NCBI RefSeq assembly: GCF_004010195.1
Contig: NC_057719.1
Span: 65,689,702-65,753,701, forward strand
Direction of reading: 5' to 3'
Origin: Chiloscyllium plagiosum
Taxonomy: Eukaryota
Length of the DNA: 64,000 bases
The stretch's first letter is position 1. Each line of letters starts with the position of its first letter. The notes beneath the pieces are model-generated. The model was not told where the DNA came from. It did no database searches and saw only the letters and a list, made by a program, of their open reading frames with translations. Shown piece after piece: positions 50,510 through 63,375 of the stretch. A program made the position numbers and the translations under genes.

Positions 50510-51690
50510 TTTTCTAAAACACTAACACTTCAACTTCACATGGCCTACTTTATTACAGTGAAGATACCTGAGCTTTTTTACTTGTCTTAACCCCACTCAT
50601 GGATTTCCTTTCAACCATGTGGTAAAAACCCTTATTATCTTCAAAGAGATCTCCTTTTCCCTTAACAACTGAGGATTTCTCTTCTCACCAATTTCTATCC
50701 CTCACAGGTTGAATTCGATGTCTGAAGCCAAATTTTGATTTATGGACCAACTCAGTCTTCTGCCATTTCAGCTGCTTAGCTTGCAGCTTCAACCTTCTGT
50801 TCTTCCACGTGTTCCAAAATAACCATCTCTCTAAGGGAGTCATATGTTTGATCTATTTTCAATGCTCTTAACCACGTATCAAAATGACTTTGTTTGATCC
50901 TTTCAAACACAATGTACATTTGAGCAGGTTCCCTCCTTAAATTCCTAAAATGTCATCTCTAGGCTTCTGGTACTACCTCATATGCACATAAGATAGCATC
51001 TTTTACCTCATTATGCTCCCCAATTACCTCCTTTGATAGTGATGCAAATGCCTCACTAGCTCTACCTACCAATTTTGTTTAGATCAATCACACCCACATG
51101 GTCATCATCCATTTCATTTGATTAGCCCCTTTCTCGAATTAAATGTGAAATAATTCTATATCCTTCTTGCTGAACCTTGGCAACACTTGAACATATTTAA
51201 ACAGATCCCCACCAACACTTTGGCTACAATGACATTGCATTCCATCACTGTCCTCATCACTACTCCTACCTTTCCCCCTTACCTCCGCCATTTGAGTTTT
51301 TAGTTCCAATCTCCAAAGTTTAAAACACTTTCTTTCTCCCTTCCTTCTGCTAGGACCTTCCTTCCCTTTTATTTCTGTTCTGCCCGGGCTATTCTCTCCT
51401 TTTCTTTTTCCACTGCTTTCAATCGTAATTCAAGCTGTTTCTTTTCCTTTTCGTGTTCAACTGCTTCAGTTGCAATTGATTTTTAGCCATTTCCAACGAT
51501 TCCGATGACATTTCTGGCAATCGTAAATGTCGAGCTGTTGCTGCAATTACCTCCTTTTTTCACACGGACAAAGGTAACCCCAACTCCGGCGGGTCTGCCA
51601 ATTCCAAACGTTTTGCCTTGCTCACTTGCTGTAAACTCCCAAAATGACTTCTTCCACCTTCAGCAAACTCTTAGTGTCTGAAAGAGCAGT
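50510..51690 (-). pseudogene. Gag remnant with SCAN-like capsid region and CCHC knuckle
   Basis: LPRFSKKDIELF...FEK; KLVGRASEAF; VKDAILCAYEVVPEA*R*HFRNL; knuckle (Y)LHCNKVGHVKLKC at ~50520-50570. Confidence 0.75.
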
Positions 51691-51806
51691 TACTACACAA
51701 GGCACACCCCATTTTCTCTAACCTGACATAAAGAAAACACCAATACTCACCACTCACTGCTTTTGAGTCAAATAATCATAAACCCAACCTGGAATTAGAG
51801 ACTTTC

Positions 51807-51825
51807 ATCTCAACGAGACCGCCCA
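51807..51825 (-). promoter_or_regulatory. Degenerate primer-binding site (tRNA-Pro-like)
   Basis: tgggcggtctcgttgagat, 3 nt after the LTR stub ...ataaca. Resembles the tRNA-Pro PBS TGGGGGCTCGTCCGGGAT. Confidence 0.5.
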
Positions 51826-53749
51826 ATTTGTTATGACCCCAAGGGGTCAAAATGATCCTAGCCTCAAAATATTCCTCTTCACAAAACCAGAAGAGGGCAT
51901 TTCGGGTCAGGGATTGACTAGAAAATGAACGGGGAGGAAAGGGTTAAAATTGTGGCAGGATGCTGCTCAGAGCCTTAATTCTAACCTCACATCAGGAAGG
52001 TGAAGACCTCATTGAAACCCACCAGTCAAGTTCTGAATGTGTTATTTAGATTCCAATGCTGCTTTTATTCCTTGCCAAGAAGCAGTTGGGTTCAAAGGAG
52101 AGCCAGCAAGTTAAATCTTGACTTTTTTGAAAGATTTCATTGTGTGCCAACAAGAACAGGAGAATTTGCTAACAAGAAGACCTTGGCCCTCCTCTGAACA
52201 CCTCTCCTGGCCCACATTCCAAATCATGATTGCTTCTGGAGCCCCTGTTTCATTCCACCACCCCAATACACTTTTCACACAGCTTCTCACTGTGGGTGCA
52301 TTCCTTATATTCAACAGGGTCAGAGGGTCAAATGGAGGCCAGGCCTTTAAGTGAGGGGTTAAAATGATCCTAGTCTCACAATATGGTGCCTCATCTGTTG
52401 ACCTCACATTAACCGCTCAACCAGAGATAAAACTCAGTGTCTCTGTATCTCTATTTCATGAAAGCTCTTTGGAGTGTGGGAGACTGGCGCTGGCAATGTA
52501 GGACTCACTTTGCCTTCATGTGTTTTAAATGAGCCATGACTTTATTTGTTTTTCATTATACTGGCAAGAAAAGCTGTTTGGTTTAAGATAACGATTTTTG
52601 TAATGGTTGCCAGTCTTGCATATGCCTAAATATTGACACGCTACTGTCTCACCTGAAGTGATGCCAAACTGGCAGCATTGCTGTAGATACTCTGTTTCTG
52701 TCATCTAAGCCAAGGAGCTTTGTTAAAATCCATCGTTGAGTTTCAGGCAGCATTATCCCAAAACAGAATAAAAATCCTTGGCATGCATCAGACTTCATTT
52801 CTTACAGAGGAATGACTAATTGCTATAAAGGCTGAATGGTGGAAATACATAACATTATTTTCAGTTGAAGAATAAAAGACTGTAGAACACTGAATTATTC
52901 CAGAGATTTCCCAAATGGTGTGTTAAAAAGATTGTGGTTAATGAAATCCATATGTACACCATATTTTTGAAAAATATGTTTGAGCAACATCCTCCCTGTT
53001 ATGTTTCATTTGGCTGCCTAGATAGTTTGCATGAATGCAAACTTGCTTTCCTATTAAGTTATTCCACAGGATAATGATCATTACTTTAATACTGTTGCCC
53101 TGAATAATTTACATTTTAATGAATTTTTTTGTATGAAGTTACCCTTGTCTCATAGCCATTGAAGAGCTGTAGACTAAACATTTGGTGAAAATGGCCCTGT
53201 TGTATAAGTAAGACCTTAATGCATTTCTGTGGTTACCTTGAAGGAGTACCTGCTGGCTGCCAAACTCTCCAGATGTAATTTAAAGGTGAATGACAATTTT
53301 CAATATGAAGGGACTGCTTTGCTGAATGAAAAATAAATTATAATAGTGAACAGGAACAGATAATATTTTACCTGCATCAATCAAGAACCAAAGACAGATG
53401 GAGGGCAGAGCAATGAATTGACACCAGCAATGTGATCAGATTTTTAATTTATGATGGTCGTTTGTCCTTTTAAGACACATTTTCCCTAACATTTGTGTTC
53501 CAACAATTTAATCCAGACATTCATTTTGTCACTTCTAGTAAGAATTAGGTAGGCAACAAAGGACAGGTAGGCACATTGTGTAGATTAATTATGCAAAAAT
53601 AATCTATTGAACATAGAATTACTTTTTCCTCTCTCACTTTTTATACAATGCTTGCAGAATAGTGGTCACAGAGAATACTAAAATAGTGTTTGTTTAACTT
53701 GTTGATTTCTAATTCTGGAAGAGAAATGTAGTTGTGAAGAGCTTCGATT

Positions 53750-54150
53750 CAGTCATGGATTCATAGAGATGTACAGCACGGAAGCAGACCCTTAGGTCCA
53801 ACTCATCCATGCCAACCAGACATCCTAAATTACTCTAGTTCCATTTGCCAGCATTTGGCTCATATTCCTCTAAACTCTTCCTATTCATGTACCCATCCAG
53901 ATGCGTATTAAATGTTGTAATACGCGTCCACCAGCGTCCACCACTTCCTCTGGCCGCTCATTCCATACACGCACCACCCTCTGTGTGAAAACATTGCCCC
54001 TTTGGTCCCTTTTATATCTTTCTCCTCTCACCTTAAACCTATGCCCTCTAGTGTAAGCTTCCCCCACCCTGCAAAAAAGACTTTGACTATTCACCCTATC
54101 CATGCCCTTCATGATGTCATAAACTTCCATAAGGTCACCCCTCAGCATCC
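53750..54150 (-). mobile_element. CR1/HER1 LINE 3' fragment
   Basis: ORF 53885-54229 (LRGDLMEVY.IMKG.DRV...TRGH.FKVRGER...FTQRVVRVWN). Confidence 0.92.
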
Positions 54151-55099
54151 GACATGGACGGGAGAGAATGTAATTAGGTTGCTTTATGTTAATTAAAATA
54201 TAGTGAACTCCCTGAAAATCACAGTTCAATATTCACATTTTGCCTTGATGGAAACACCATGTGCTAGTTGATCAGCTAATGCTGTCACTGTCCACATCAC
54301 TCAGCAAAAGGAAAAGTCCACCCCATTTTTGTATCCAGAGATGATGTTAACTTTGTTCACCCCAGTCCAATACCAGTACCTCCACATCATGTCCACAGAT
54401 GGTACCAGACCTTTTGACTTTCTTCAACATTTACTGTTGTTATTGAATATTTATAAATACAAGATTTACTAAGGAACTAAATGTTGACTGGCATTTTGTG
54501 TCTTCCTATGGGGGTATGAAGGCATCTCCTATTAGCTGATCCCAAAACAGTTTGAAATACTCCTACTTCTTCCAGTATCCAATTTTGAAAAGGCAGCATG
54601 GAGTGGAAGATAGAAGTATTTCTGATCACGTTGCAAAATATGACAGAGAGGCGTAACTACATAGAAATCCAGCATTGATGTACTTGCAACATCATGCCAT
54701 AGCTCCTGAGATTACTTTCCTCCCTGATCAAATAAATAATTGAATTTTAAAAATGATGTTCCATTCACCAAGGTAAAGTAGAGGCTGACTTTACCCAGTG
54801 TCTGAATTGCCTCAGAGATCACTGACCTCGCATTGCCTGTTGGCTAAAGTGTTCATTTTACTTTTAGTTTCCCTACAAAGGATACTCTTCAAATAGTTTT
54901 TGTTTGACTTATGTTTGAACAAATAAATGACAAGGGAACAAGACTGAACTGTAAAATACAACGATCTTTTCATCTCTTTGTGGTTGTCACAAAAAAATCA
55001 GGCATTTGATTTCACTTTAGCTACTAAAAGAGAAATGTAAATTTATATCTAGCAAAAGCATGCAGGGATTTTCAAAACTTTGGGAGTATTGGTGGAAAG

Positions 55100-55220
55100 G
55101 GATGTTTACAGGTAGAATAGGATAGGGGAATGGGTCTGAGTGGGTTACTCTTTGGAGGGTTGGTGTGGACTTGTTGGGCCAAACGGCCTGTTTCCACACT
55201 GTAGGGATTCTATTATTCTA
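55100..55220 (+). mobile_element. 5'-truncated HE1-type SINE
   Basis: gtggacttgttgggccaaacggcctgtttccacactgtagggattctatt. Confidence 0.8.
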
Positions 55221-56714
55221 CGAATACTGATTACAGTTGGCTACCCACAGGCTCAATGCTACAATGTTGCCGTCTTTTAGAAATGAGGTTAGCTATATCC
55301 CAAGATTTTGATAAGCGTATGGTTCAGCAGCTGAATTATTTCTCTTCATTTGGATAGAATATTCACTGAGTATGTTTGTGGTCCCCATAATGGAACAAGT
55401 AGAATACAGGACATTCAAATCTTGCCACAGGAGGGAAACTCGCTCCCTCTTGTTTAGCACCCGCACTGACTTTCAACAAAAGCAAATACCTTCAGTATAA
55501 GCAAAGTTGGATTCCTTGAAGTCATAAGCCCAGTGACCACATCGTCACCAGGGCCAAATGTAAGATGAGCCAAAGTAACCCAGAGAAGACTGATGTGCCA
55601 AACTCACAAAGATCCAAGGTGTCTTTGAGAAAAGTGAAATGGGGCCACTGGCATCTTCAGTCAGTCATTCTATCATTGGCAGGTTACTTTTGGGTGAAGC
55701 AAAGTTTAAGTGCCAGGTTGTTTGGTACAGAGTGGAAGCGGAAATCAATAACATATTAAGTGGAACATTTTGTTGTTCAGCATTTTATTTTTATGTGTTT
55801 CTTTGATTTATTATATTGGTTATAATTAAGGAGCGAAACTCAAGGCAAGTTGAGAAGCCTAACAATGGATTAGCTGAACACAATAACTAGTCCCCGAAAA
55901 CTGGGAGTTAATGCCTTCCCCTGAATGAAGTTTGAATGTGAGGGAGGCATTTGATTGGGTGGGGAGGGGCTGAGTGTTTCTGGGTAGGGACCTGTTGCCT
56001 CCTCCTCGCCTCTGCCCCAATTAGGTGGAGGATAGGAAGTTCTATAAAAGCCTTCTCATCCCCTCACCAACTGAAGGCTTTAAAGTGGGTGATTATTGCA
56101 CACTTAATGGATTAACAGAGGCAGGTAGTGTCATGTCATGCAGGAAGCTGGAATCAAAGCAAATCTTGATGGGATTTTTTGTTGGCTCATCGCATGCAGG
56201 AAGATGTCATTCAGTCAAAGAAACTTAATGTCTGGTCAAGAGACCCAGCATTCAGACGAGGATGCCCTCTGACAGCTACCCTCTGCACTTGGCTTCTGAC
56301 ACCCCCTCCCTTCCTCACTGCCCCTAGCTAGCAAATTGCCTTCTGTCCCCATGCCTTCACTCACCTATGACCTGGGTTTCTAGGTGATCCTAGGCTTCTC
56401 CCTGGGTGCACTGTTGACAAGCACTTTGGCCAGAGTTTCAGCCCTTGCGGGCCCTTGTTTGCAGGGAACAACTTCTATTGTCCTCTCAAGTGTCCAAGAG
56501 ACATTTCCCAAAGGAGCTCATGCAGGACTTTCACTGGTTTTCCAGGTGGTGGGCCAGGCTTCTGCCACCAACATTAAATAGCACCCTTCATTTCAGACTC
56601 CTAAATTTAATGGTGCTCAGGTTTCTTAAAATGAAAATTAACTTCACAATTTAAGTCACCCTCACTCAAATGAATCTTTGATATAATCCAGAATTTATAA
56701 CATTACTCAATTAA

Positions 56715-57032
56715 TCATAGAATCCCTTCAGTGTGGAAGCAGGCCATTCAGCCCATTGAGTCCACACTGACCCTCAGAAAAGCATCCCACCCAGATCCTG
56801 CCTTTCCTATGGCTAATCCACCTAACCTGCACGTCCCTGGACAATATGGCCATGCTAAACTGGCCAATCAACTAACCTGCACAGCTTTGGTCTGCGGCAG
56901 GAAACCAGAAATCCCAGAGGGAATCCACACAGACATGTGCAAACTCCACACAGACAGTCACCTCAGGCTGGATTCAAACCCAAGTCCCTGTCACTGTGAG
57001 GCAGCATTGCTAACCACAGAGCCACTATGCCA
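56715..57032 (-). mobile_element. HE1-type V-SINE
   Basis: Reverse-complement head (tgctaaccacagagccactatgcc), V-domain (gtgcaaactccacacagacagtcacc) and tail. Confidence 0.88.
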
Positions 57033-59008
57033 CACTCACTGGAAACAAATTCTTATATTATCAATCACAACATGCTGAAATTGCTATTTTTGTTACTTTT
57101 AACTTAAAGAACGAGAGAATTGAAGCCTATGAATGCTATTAGAAAGGCAGTCACTAATGCCAACTTTTCCTTTGCCAGGTCAGCAACAGCAGCTTGTGCT
57201 ATACACAAAGACACTTCTGTATATGTGTTTACTCTGACTTTCTACGGCTTTCTGAGGCAGCACTGACACCGGCAACTTGGAGCACAGAAAGTACTAAGCA
57301 CATTTGTTTTATTACACAGCATAAACTATCCTTTCAAGCATTTTATCAAGTTGTAAAAACATAGAAAGTATAGCACAGAGGGAGGCCATTCTTCCCATTA
57401 TACATGTTGCAATGCTAGCTGTTTTCCATTGGATATAGCAGCTTTCGTGCATCAACTATATTACTGAATCATAGTTTAATGTCAAACCAGAAGATAAATG
57501 ACAGTTCATTGCACTGTTCATGAAACGATGATTCAAAAAATAATATCATTTTGTTTGATTTATACAAGTAAATTATTGCAACATCAATATTTTGTAATAA
57601 TCACTAATTGAGTAGTACTATTACCACATAATTTTAATTTTGGAATTTTCTTTGTTCATTTTCATATGTTTTGGGGATTGCTTCTTATGATGCCGATATA
57701 ACTCAATTAATGTTAGTACTGTATCTCAACAAGAAGATTCTGCCTCCAAGAGTCATTCTAGATGTTGACTTTATAATCTGGGCTGAAACTCCAAGGCAAT
57801 ACTGAAGGGAGGGGGGGGGGGGGGGGGGCATTATGAGAGAATAGACTGAAGTTAATGAGTCAATTGTATCTCTCTGAAAGAAGTGCCTACGTTGTCTGAA
57901 CTTTCTTATGTTTCTATGCCCTAAAACTCCTTTTGATAATATTAAGAAGACTTCCTAAACTATTCATGGAATCATTTGGAATCTTAGATTTGTGTTTTAT
58001 TATTACTGCTTTAATCATCAGATAAAATGATTTTTTTCACCATTAGCCTCAACATGCGTACTCATGACTTTGAAGACCACTATGAGATTTTGTGTTAAAT
58101 TAAGTCTGTGAAATACTCCTTGTTTCCATGAATAGTTTTATACTTCATTTATCAAACCAAGGATTGCACATAATTTTAGCAAGCTCCTCAATTTATCCAA
58201 CACTTTCTGGGAAGAATTTTATTCTCCCCCATGAAGGTGGGCTCAGAGGCAAGGAGCTTTTTAAAATCAGATAACTATGTGCTACATGGAATCCCTTAGA
58301 CTTTCCTAACTCCCACTGATTACATTCAGGTTGGTGATAGCTTTCTGTCAAAAAGGGGCCCTCCTACCTGCACAGCCAGTGGAAATCTTGCCAAAGCCAT
58401 GGTCTGCCAATGAGTGAAAAGTCCCACCTTTCTGAAAAACTAATGCCAACCCTCTCCCCCAAGCCAGTCCCATGCCTTCCCTCACCAGAGTCCCCCATTT
58501 GGATCCTCAATTATTTCACCCCAGGCTTCAGTGCTGCTCCTGAAGCCTTGTTCACCTGCAGTACAAGCAGGGGGCACCATTCCCAATACCTTTCAACATG
58601 TTCCTCCTTTGTTCAGATGTCGATAATACCTGGCTTACTAAGAACACCTTCCATTTCCTGTGAAATTGGCATCATGATTATCTTGCATCAGATTATCAGA
58701 AACTAACAGCAGTACATGTTTATATCCTTTAGTAAAATTCACTCTTTTCCAAAATACTAGATGTAAATCAGAGAAGATTGCTTTCCATCCCAATATATCT
58801 CAGGTTCAGTATGTTCCTTATAAATGTACTTTTTAGCTGTCTGCGTGCTTTTGGCTTTTTCTGCTCCCATCTATCTGGACTTGGACCATTGGTTCTTGTT
58901 TTCAGTGCTACTATGATCTTTCCTCAACTCGTGCTGTTCCAGCTCAAGGTAGGCAGCTCAGCAATTTGCTCTCTAAAATGTGCATGTTCACCTCTCTGAG
59001 TAATAGAT

Positions 59009-59365
59009 AGTTTTTTAATCAACCTGGTTAGAGATGATATAGCTGAAAATGTGTTGCTGGAAAGCACAGCAGGTCAGGCAGCATCCAGGGAACAGGAGAA
59101 TTGACGTTTCAGGCATAAGCCCTTCTTCAGGAGAAGCCCTTCCTGAAGAAGGGCTTATGCCCGAAACGTCAATTCTCCTGTTCCCTGGATGCTGCCTGAC
59201 CTGCTGCGCTGTTCCAGCAACACATTTTCAGCTCTGATCTCCAGCATCTGCAGACCTCACTTTCTCCTAGAGATGATATAATACATCTCTGGAGCAAGTG
59301 GGACTTTGAACCCAGGCCTCCTCGCTCAGAAGTAGGGACATTACCATGGCAGCACAAGAGCCTCT
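59009..59365 (-). mobile_element. Short tRNA-derived SINE (~120 bp) split by a PLE palindrome
   Basis: Head with B-box (gggttcaaagtccc on the - strand). 18-bp TSD cctctctgagt(a/c)atagat at 58991-59008 and 59366-59383. Confidence 0.7.
59042..59267. mobile_element. Young palindromic PLE insertion with two hammerhead-like cores
   Basis: Perfect TSD tagagatgatata at 59029-59041 and 59268-59280. CTGAAGA-A-GGGCTTATGCCC-GAAACGTC at 59143-59170, with an inverted copy at ~59103-59130. Confidence 0.92.
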
Positions 59366-60829
59366 CCTCTCTGAGTCATAGATTTCCTACATCAACAATT
59401 TTCTCATGACTTTCAATCAGCAGCTTAGCAAATTTACCTTCTACGTTTTAAACTGACTTCATCTGTTTTGTTATTGTAACAGGGCACTGTTCCTATTATC
59501 TATCAATTAGCAGGACTTACTGACTTGGTTTACCAGCTTTCCATTCTATTCCTGTTATTTGTTCTTATCATAATTCCTCTGCTCTTGGGTTTCTTCAGCA
59601 TTGTATATTGTCTTTTTTAGTGTGGATCTTTACCATTTTGGACTGGGTGTCAACGTGGTTCCCACTGAGCTGACCCGGGAATGGTCACATGGTGAGCCTA
59701 GTGTGGTCCATTCGTCACGCATAAATTACTTGCATTCGGTCGGTGCTTGGGATCTCAGTCCCGATTATTTTCTTAAGTTATTTTGGTTAACAGTTTTTTT
59801 GGTAATTATTTAATACAAATGAAAATCAAACAGTGTTGGACAGCAGGTTGATGACGGAATAGAGTGCCAAATGTGCGAGATGGGCGAGGAAGTTGTGATG
59901 GTAGGTATATAGATGAGATTGTAGGATGGGTCAAGTGTCTTGGGGCCAGATGGATGTCTGTGGAGCAGTCACTGTTGGGTTGACTGTCCAGGGTGTTGGG
60001 TTGGTGCGTAGGGTGAGAATCAATGTGGGAGGGGGAATAAGGATTGATCACTGAGGAGTTCAGGATGCCAGTTTAATGTTTAGCCAGGAGCTAGAGCTAG
60101 CTTTAATCCCTCTATCTTTTCCTGGCTGACTATTTAGATAAGAATTTACAGCCCTCTGATGTCTCTGATTCTAATCAGAAGTGGGGACCTGTTTGAACAT
60201 TTCAGACACCTGCTAATTAACCATTCAAGGTTTCACCTTCCCAGGCAATTACCATGTAGTCAGCGAGTCAGGATTTCTGAGAGGTCCCAACACATACCTT
60301 TTAAGTTGTGCCCATTCTCGGACTGTAAGATCTGGGTCCATATATATGGTCTATTTTTTGTTACAATATTGATGACTCTCATTGATACATGAAAGTTGGA
60401 ATATTTTACCAGTGTTGTGGAAATGAAGTTCTGCACTTGTATCCATAACATCCATTATCTCCATGGTCATAAAATAGATCAGTTCCCCCAATCCTTTAAA
60501 GACAGTGTACTTCATTTTTCTCCTTTTTCTAAAAAAGAATCATCCCACAATACTACAAACTAGTGAATTTAACATCCATTGGAAGTAGAGCTATGGAAAC
60601 TTTCAGGAAGAGATAGAGAGGAAATCATTAAAGATGGCGAGTGTGAGTTCAAAAAGAGAATGTTGTGGCAATCCAACATATTGGTTTTCTTTTAGTAAAA
60701 TATTAGGTAAGGGTAAGACAGTTGATGTGGTAATGTTGGATAGTAAAAAAACAGGAAACAGTGGTAATATTTTACAATGCTATGTAATTGTCAATTTGTA
60801 AGGTTGTTGATACAGGGATTTCACAAGAA

Positions 60830-61050
60830 GGGACAGCAGGAGCAGGCAAATCAACCCCTTGAGCCTGCTCCACTTTCCTGCTTACTCCCCATAGCTCCCC
60901 ATAACTCTTCAACCCATTGCGAATTTAACATTTGCCTATCTCCTCCTTAAATTTACTCAATGTCCAAGCATCCACCACACTCTGGGGTAGTGAATTCCAC
61001 AGATTCACGATCCTTTGACACAAATAATTTCTCCTCATCTCTGTTTTATT
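60830..61050 (-). mobile_element. CR1 3' end fragment
   Basis: ccccttgagcctgctcc...tctcctccttaaatttactc...gaattccacagattcac; similar to 33270-33510. Confidence 0.7.
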
Positions 61051-61999
61051 TGTCGAACTTCAATCATTATGATCCCACAACTCTCTTTTTGGGACAACAT
61101 TTGTTTAGTAACTCTATAAATGATCTGAAGCTAGAACTCACTGACACAGTAATGAAATTTGTAGATAATGTAAAGCCAATGAAATCAGAAAGGCAAACAG
61201 GATAAGCAACAGTTGGATTTGAATATGCTTAGGGATGTAATAGAGAGGCAGCAGATGAAATGTGATGGAAATGAAAGTTAAGTGCTTCATTTTGGAGTGA
61301 AATGTTCAGGAAGAAATCCTCAATTAAATCAAAAGAAAATAACCTGCATGGAAAATGAAAATGGTATGGGGGCTGCTGATTATGGCAATAGATTCGATCT
61401 GTCAATGAGTAAATCACATGAAGACTTATTAAAAGGTCAATGTTATTGAGGTAGCCTTATTAACTTATAAATCATTTGAAGTGACTGCCCTTGAAATGTC
61501 TACAGTTCTGTCACCATCATGCTAAAAGAATACTGTACTCGTTGAAAGGATATGGATAGGGAAGAACAGATGGGAGGATTGGATGATAATGAGCAGATTG
61601 ATATTATTGCTAATTTTATGGTTCAAACTGGACAAGATATTGTGGGCTGCTTTATCTTGGTAATAATCATATAATCCATGGATATGATCTATGCTTCTAT
61701 CCTACATGATCTGCAAAATTATTGGCCTCAAAATTAACTTTCTCCCCATTTTGATGGTCTAGAAAATATTGAAGGAGGCTAAACCAAAAAATACATAAGT
61801 AACCAACTTGCCTGTCTGTTACTGTTTATACAAAAGCAGCTAATATGTTGTACACTTGTCCAAATTTGGAAAGACAGGACACTATGTTACTTAGCTTTGC
61901 AGTGTCCCATTAGCTCAGGTCAGGGACCTCTCAGAGAATGGACGACAGGAGCTCCCCAGTCCTGTTGGCAAGTCATTTTACAACAATCTCAGGAAGAGG

Positions 62000-62110
62000 G
62001 CAAGTTAGGAAGTCATGTTGAGGTTGAACAGGGCATTTATGAGGCCTCTTCTGGAGTGCTGTGTCCAGTTCTGATCACCGTTTTATGGAAAGGATGTAAT
62101 CAAGCTGGAG
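62000..62110 (+). mobile_element. CR1 ORF2 fragment
   Basis: gtcatgttgaggttg...gaggcctcttctggagtgctgtgtccagttctgatcacc...aaggatgt. Confidence 0.7.
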
Positions 62111-62289
62111 CTTTCTGGTCGAGGAAGTCTTAGTCCTCCCTTTTGTTGATTATAACTTCTTTCGAACTTCAGTTGCAACTGGTGATCACTGCCACACTTC
62201 TGACCTGCCACAGCTGAACCACACTGCCGTTTATACAAACCCTCCCCCAACTCCACAACTCCTCTGTCAAGGCCTGATCTGTACCTTAT

Positions 62290-63375
62290 ATAGAGTTAAA
62301 ATGTCATACAGCACGGAAACAGAGCTTTTGGTCCAACCAGTCCATGCCTACCATAATCCTAAACTAAACTAGTCCCACCTGCCTGCTCTTGGCCCATATC
62401 CCTCCAAATCTTTCTCATCGTGTACTTATCCAAATGCATTTTAAATGTTGTAACAGTATCTACAACATCACTTCCTCTGGAAGTTCTTTTCCCACACAAA
62501 CCACTCTCTGTGTACAAACGTTGCCCCTCATGTACTTTTAAAATCTTTCTCCTCTCACCTTAAAAATATGCCCCCTAGTCTTGAAACCTCCCCCCGCCCA
62601 CCACAGAGAAAAGCCATTTACCTTATCTATACACCTCATGACCTTAAATATCTCTACAAGGTCACCCCGCAACCTCCTACCCTCCAGTGAAAAATGCCCC
62701 AGCCTATCCAGACTATCCTTATAACTCAAACCCTCCAGTCCTAGTAACATTTTGGTAAATCTTTTCTGAACCATGTCCACCTTGATAATATCCTTCCTAT
62801 AAAAGGATGACCAGAACTGGGCACAGTATTCCAGAAGAGGCCTCACCAATGTCCTCCACAATCTCAACATGATTTCCTAACTCTCATACTCAAAGGTCTG
62901 AGCAACAAAGGCAAGTGTGCTAAATGCCTTCTTAACCACCTTGTCCATATGTGATTCAAATGTCAAAGAATTATGTACCTGAACCCTTAGGTCTCTCTGT
63001 TCTACAGCACTACCCAAGGCACTACTTTTAATTATCTAGGTCCTGGCCTTGTTTGTTTTACTAAAATGCAGCACCTTGCATTTATCCAGATTAAACTCTA
63101 TCTGCCACTCCTCAGCCGAATTGATCAAGATCTCATTGTAATTTTAGATAACCTTCTTCATTGTTCACTATACCACCAATTTTAGTGTCATCTACAAGCT
63201 TACTAACCATACCTCCTAAATTCTCATCCAAATTATTTGTATAAATGACTGACAAAAACGTATCTACCATCACTCTGTATCTGGCCTCCAGCATGAAAAC
63301 CAACCTTCACCATCACTCTGTGTATCCTACTGTTAAGCCAATTTTGTAACCAGTTGGCAAACTGGGCCCTGAGCA
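62290..63375 (-). mobile_element. CR1/HER1 LINE 3' fragment
   Basis: ORF 62538-62870 (LVRPLLEYCAQFWS..YRKDI...RRLRGDL...TRGH). SKLVDDTKIGG and ANWLQNWL motifs upstream. Confidence 0.93.

Larger units (their letters stand above)
46420..51838 (-). mobile_element. Decayed Ty3/Gypsy LTR retrotransposon, Gmr1-like (gag-PR-IN-RT-RH)
   Basis: Domain remnants in this order, plus PPT, one LTR, a PBS-like site and a 10-bp stub of the 5' LTR. Confidence 0.9.

Noticed and set aside
57812..57828. Poly-G run (and poly-C near 21864) as a G-quadruplex element
   Set aside because: Simple homopolymers of uncertain length with no supporting context.
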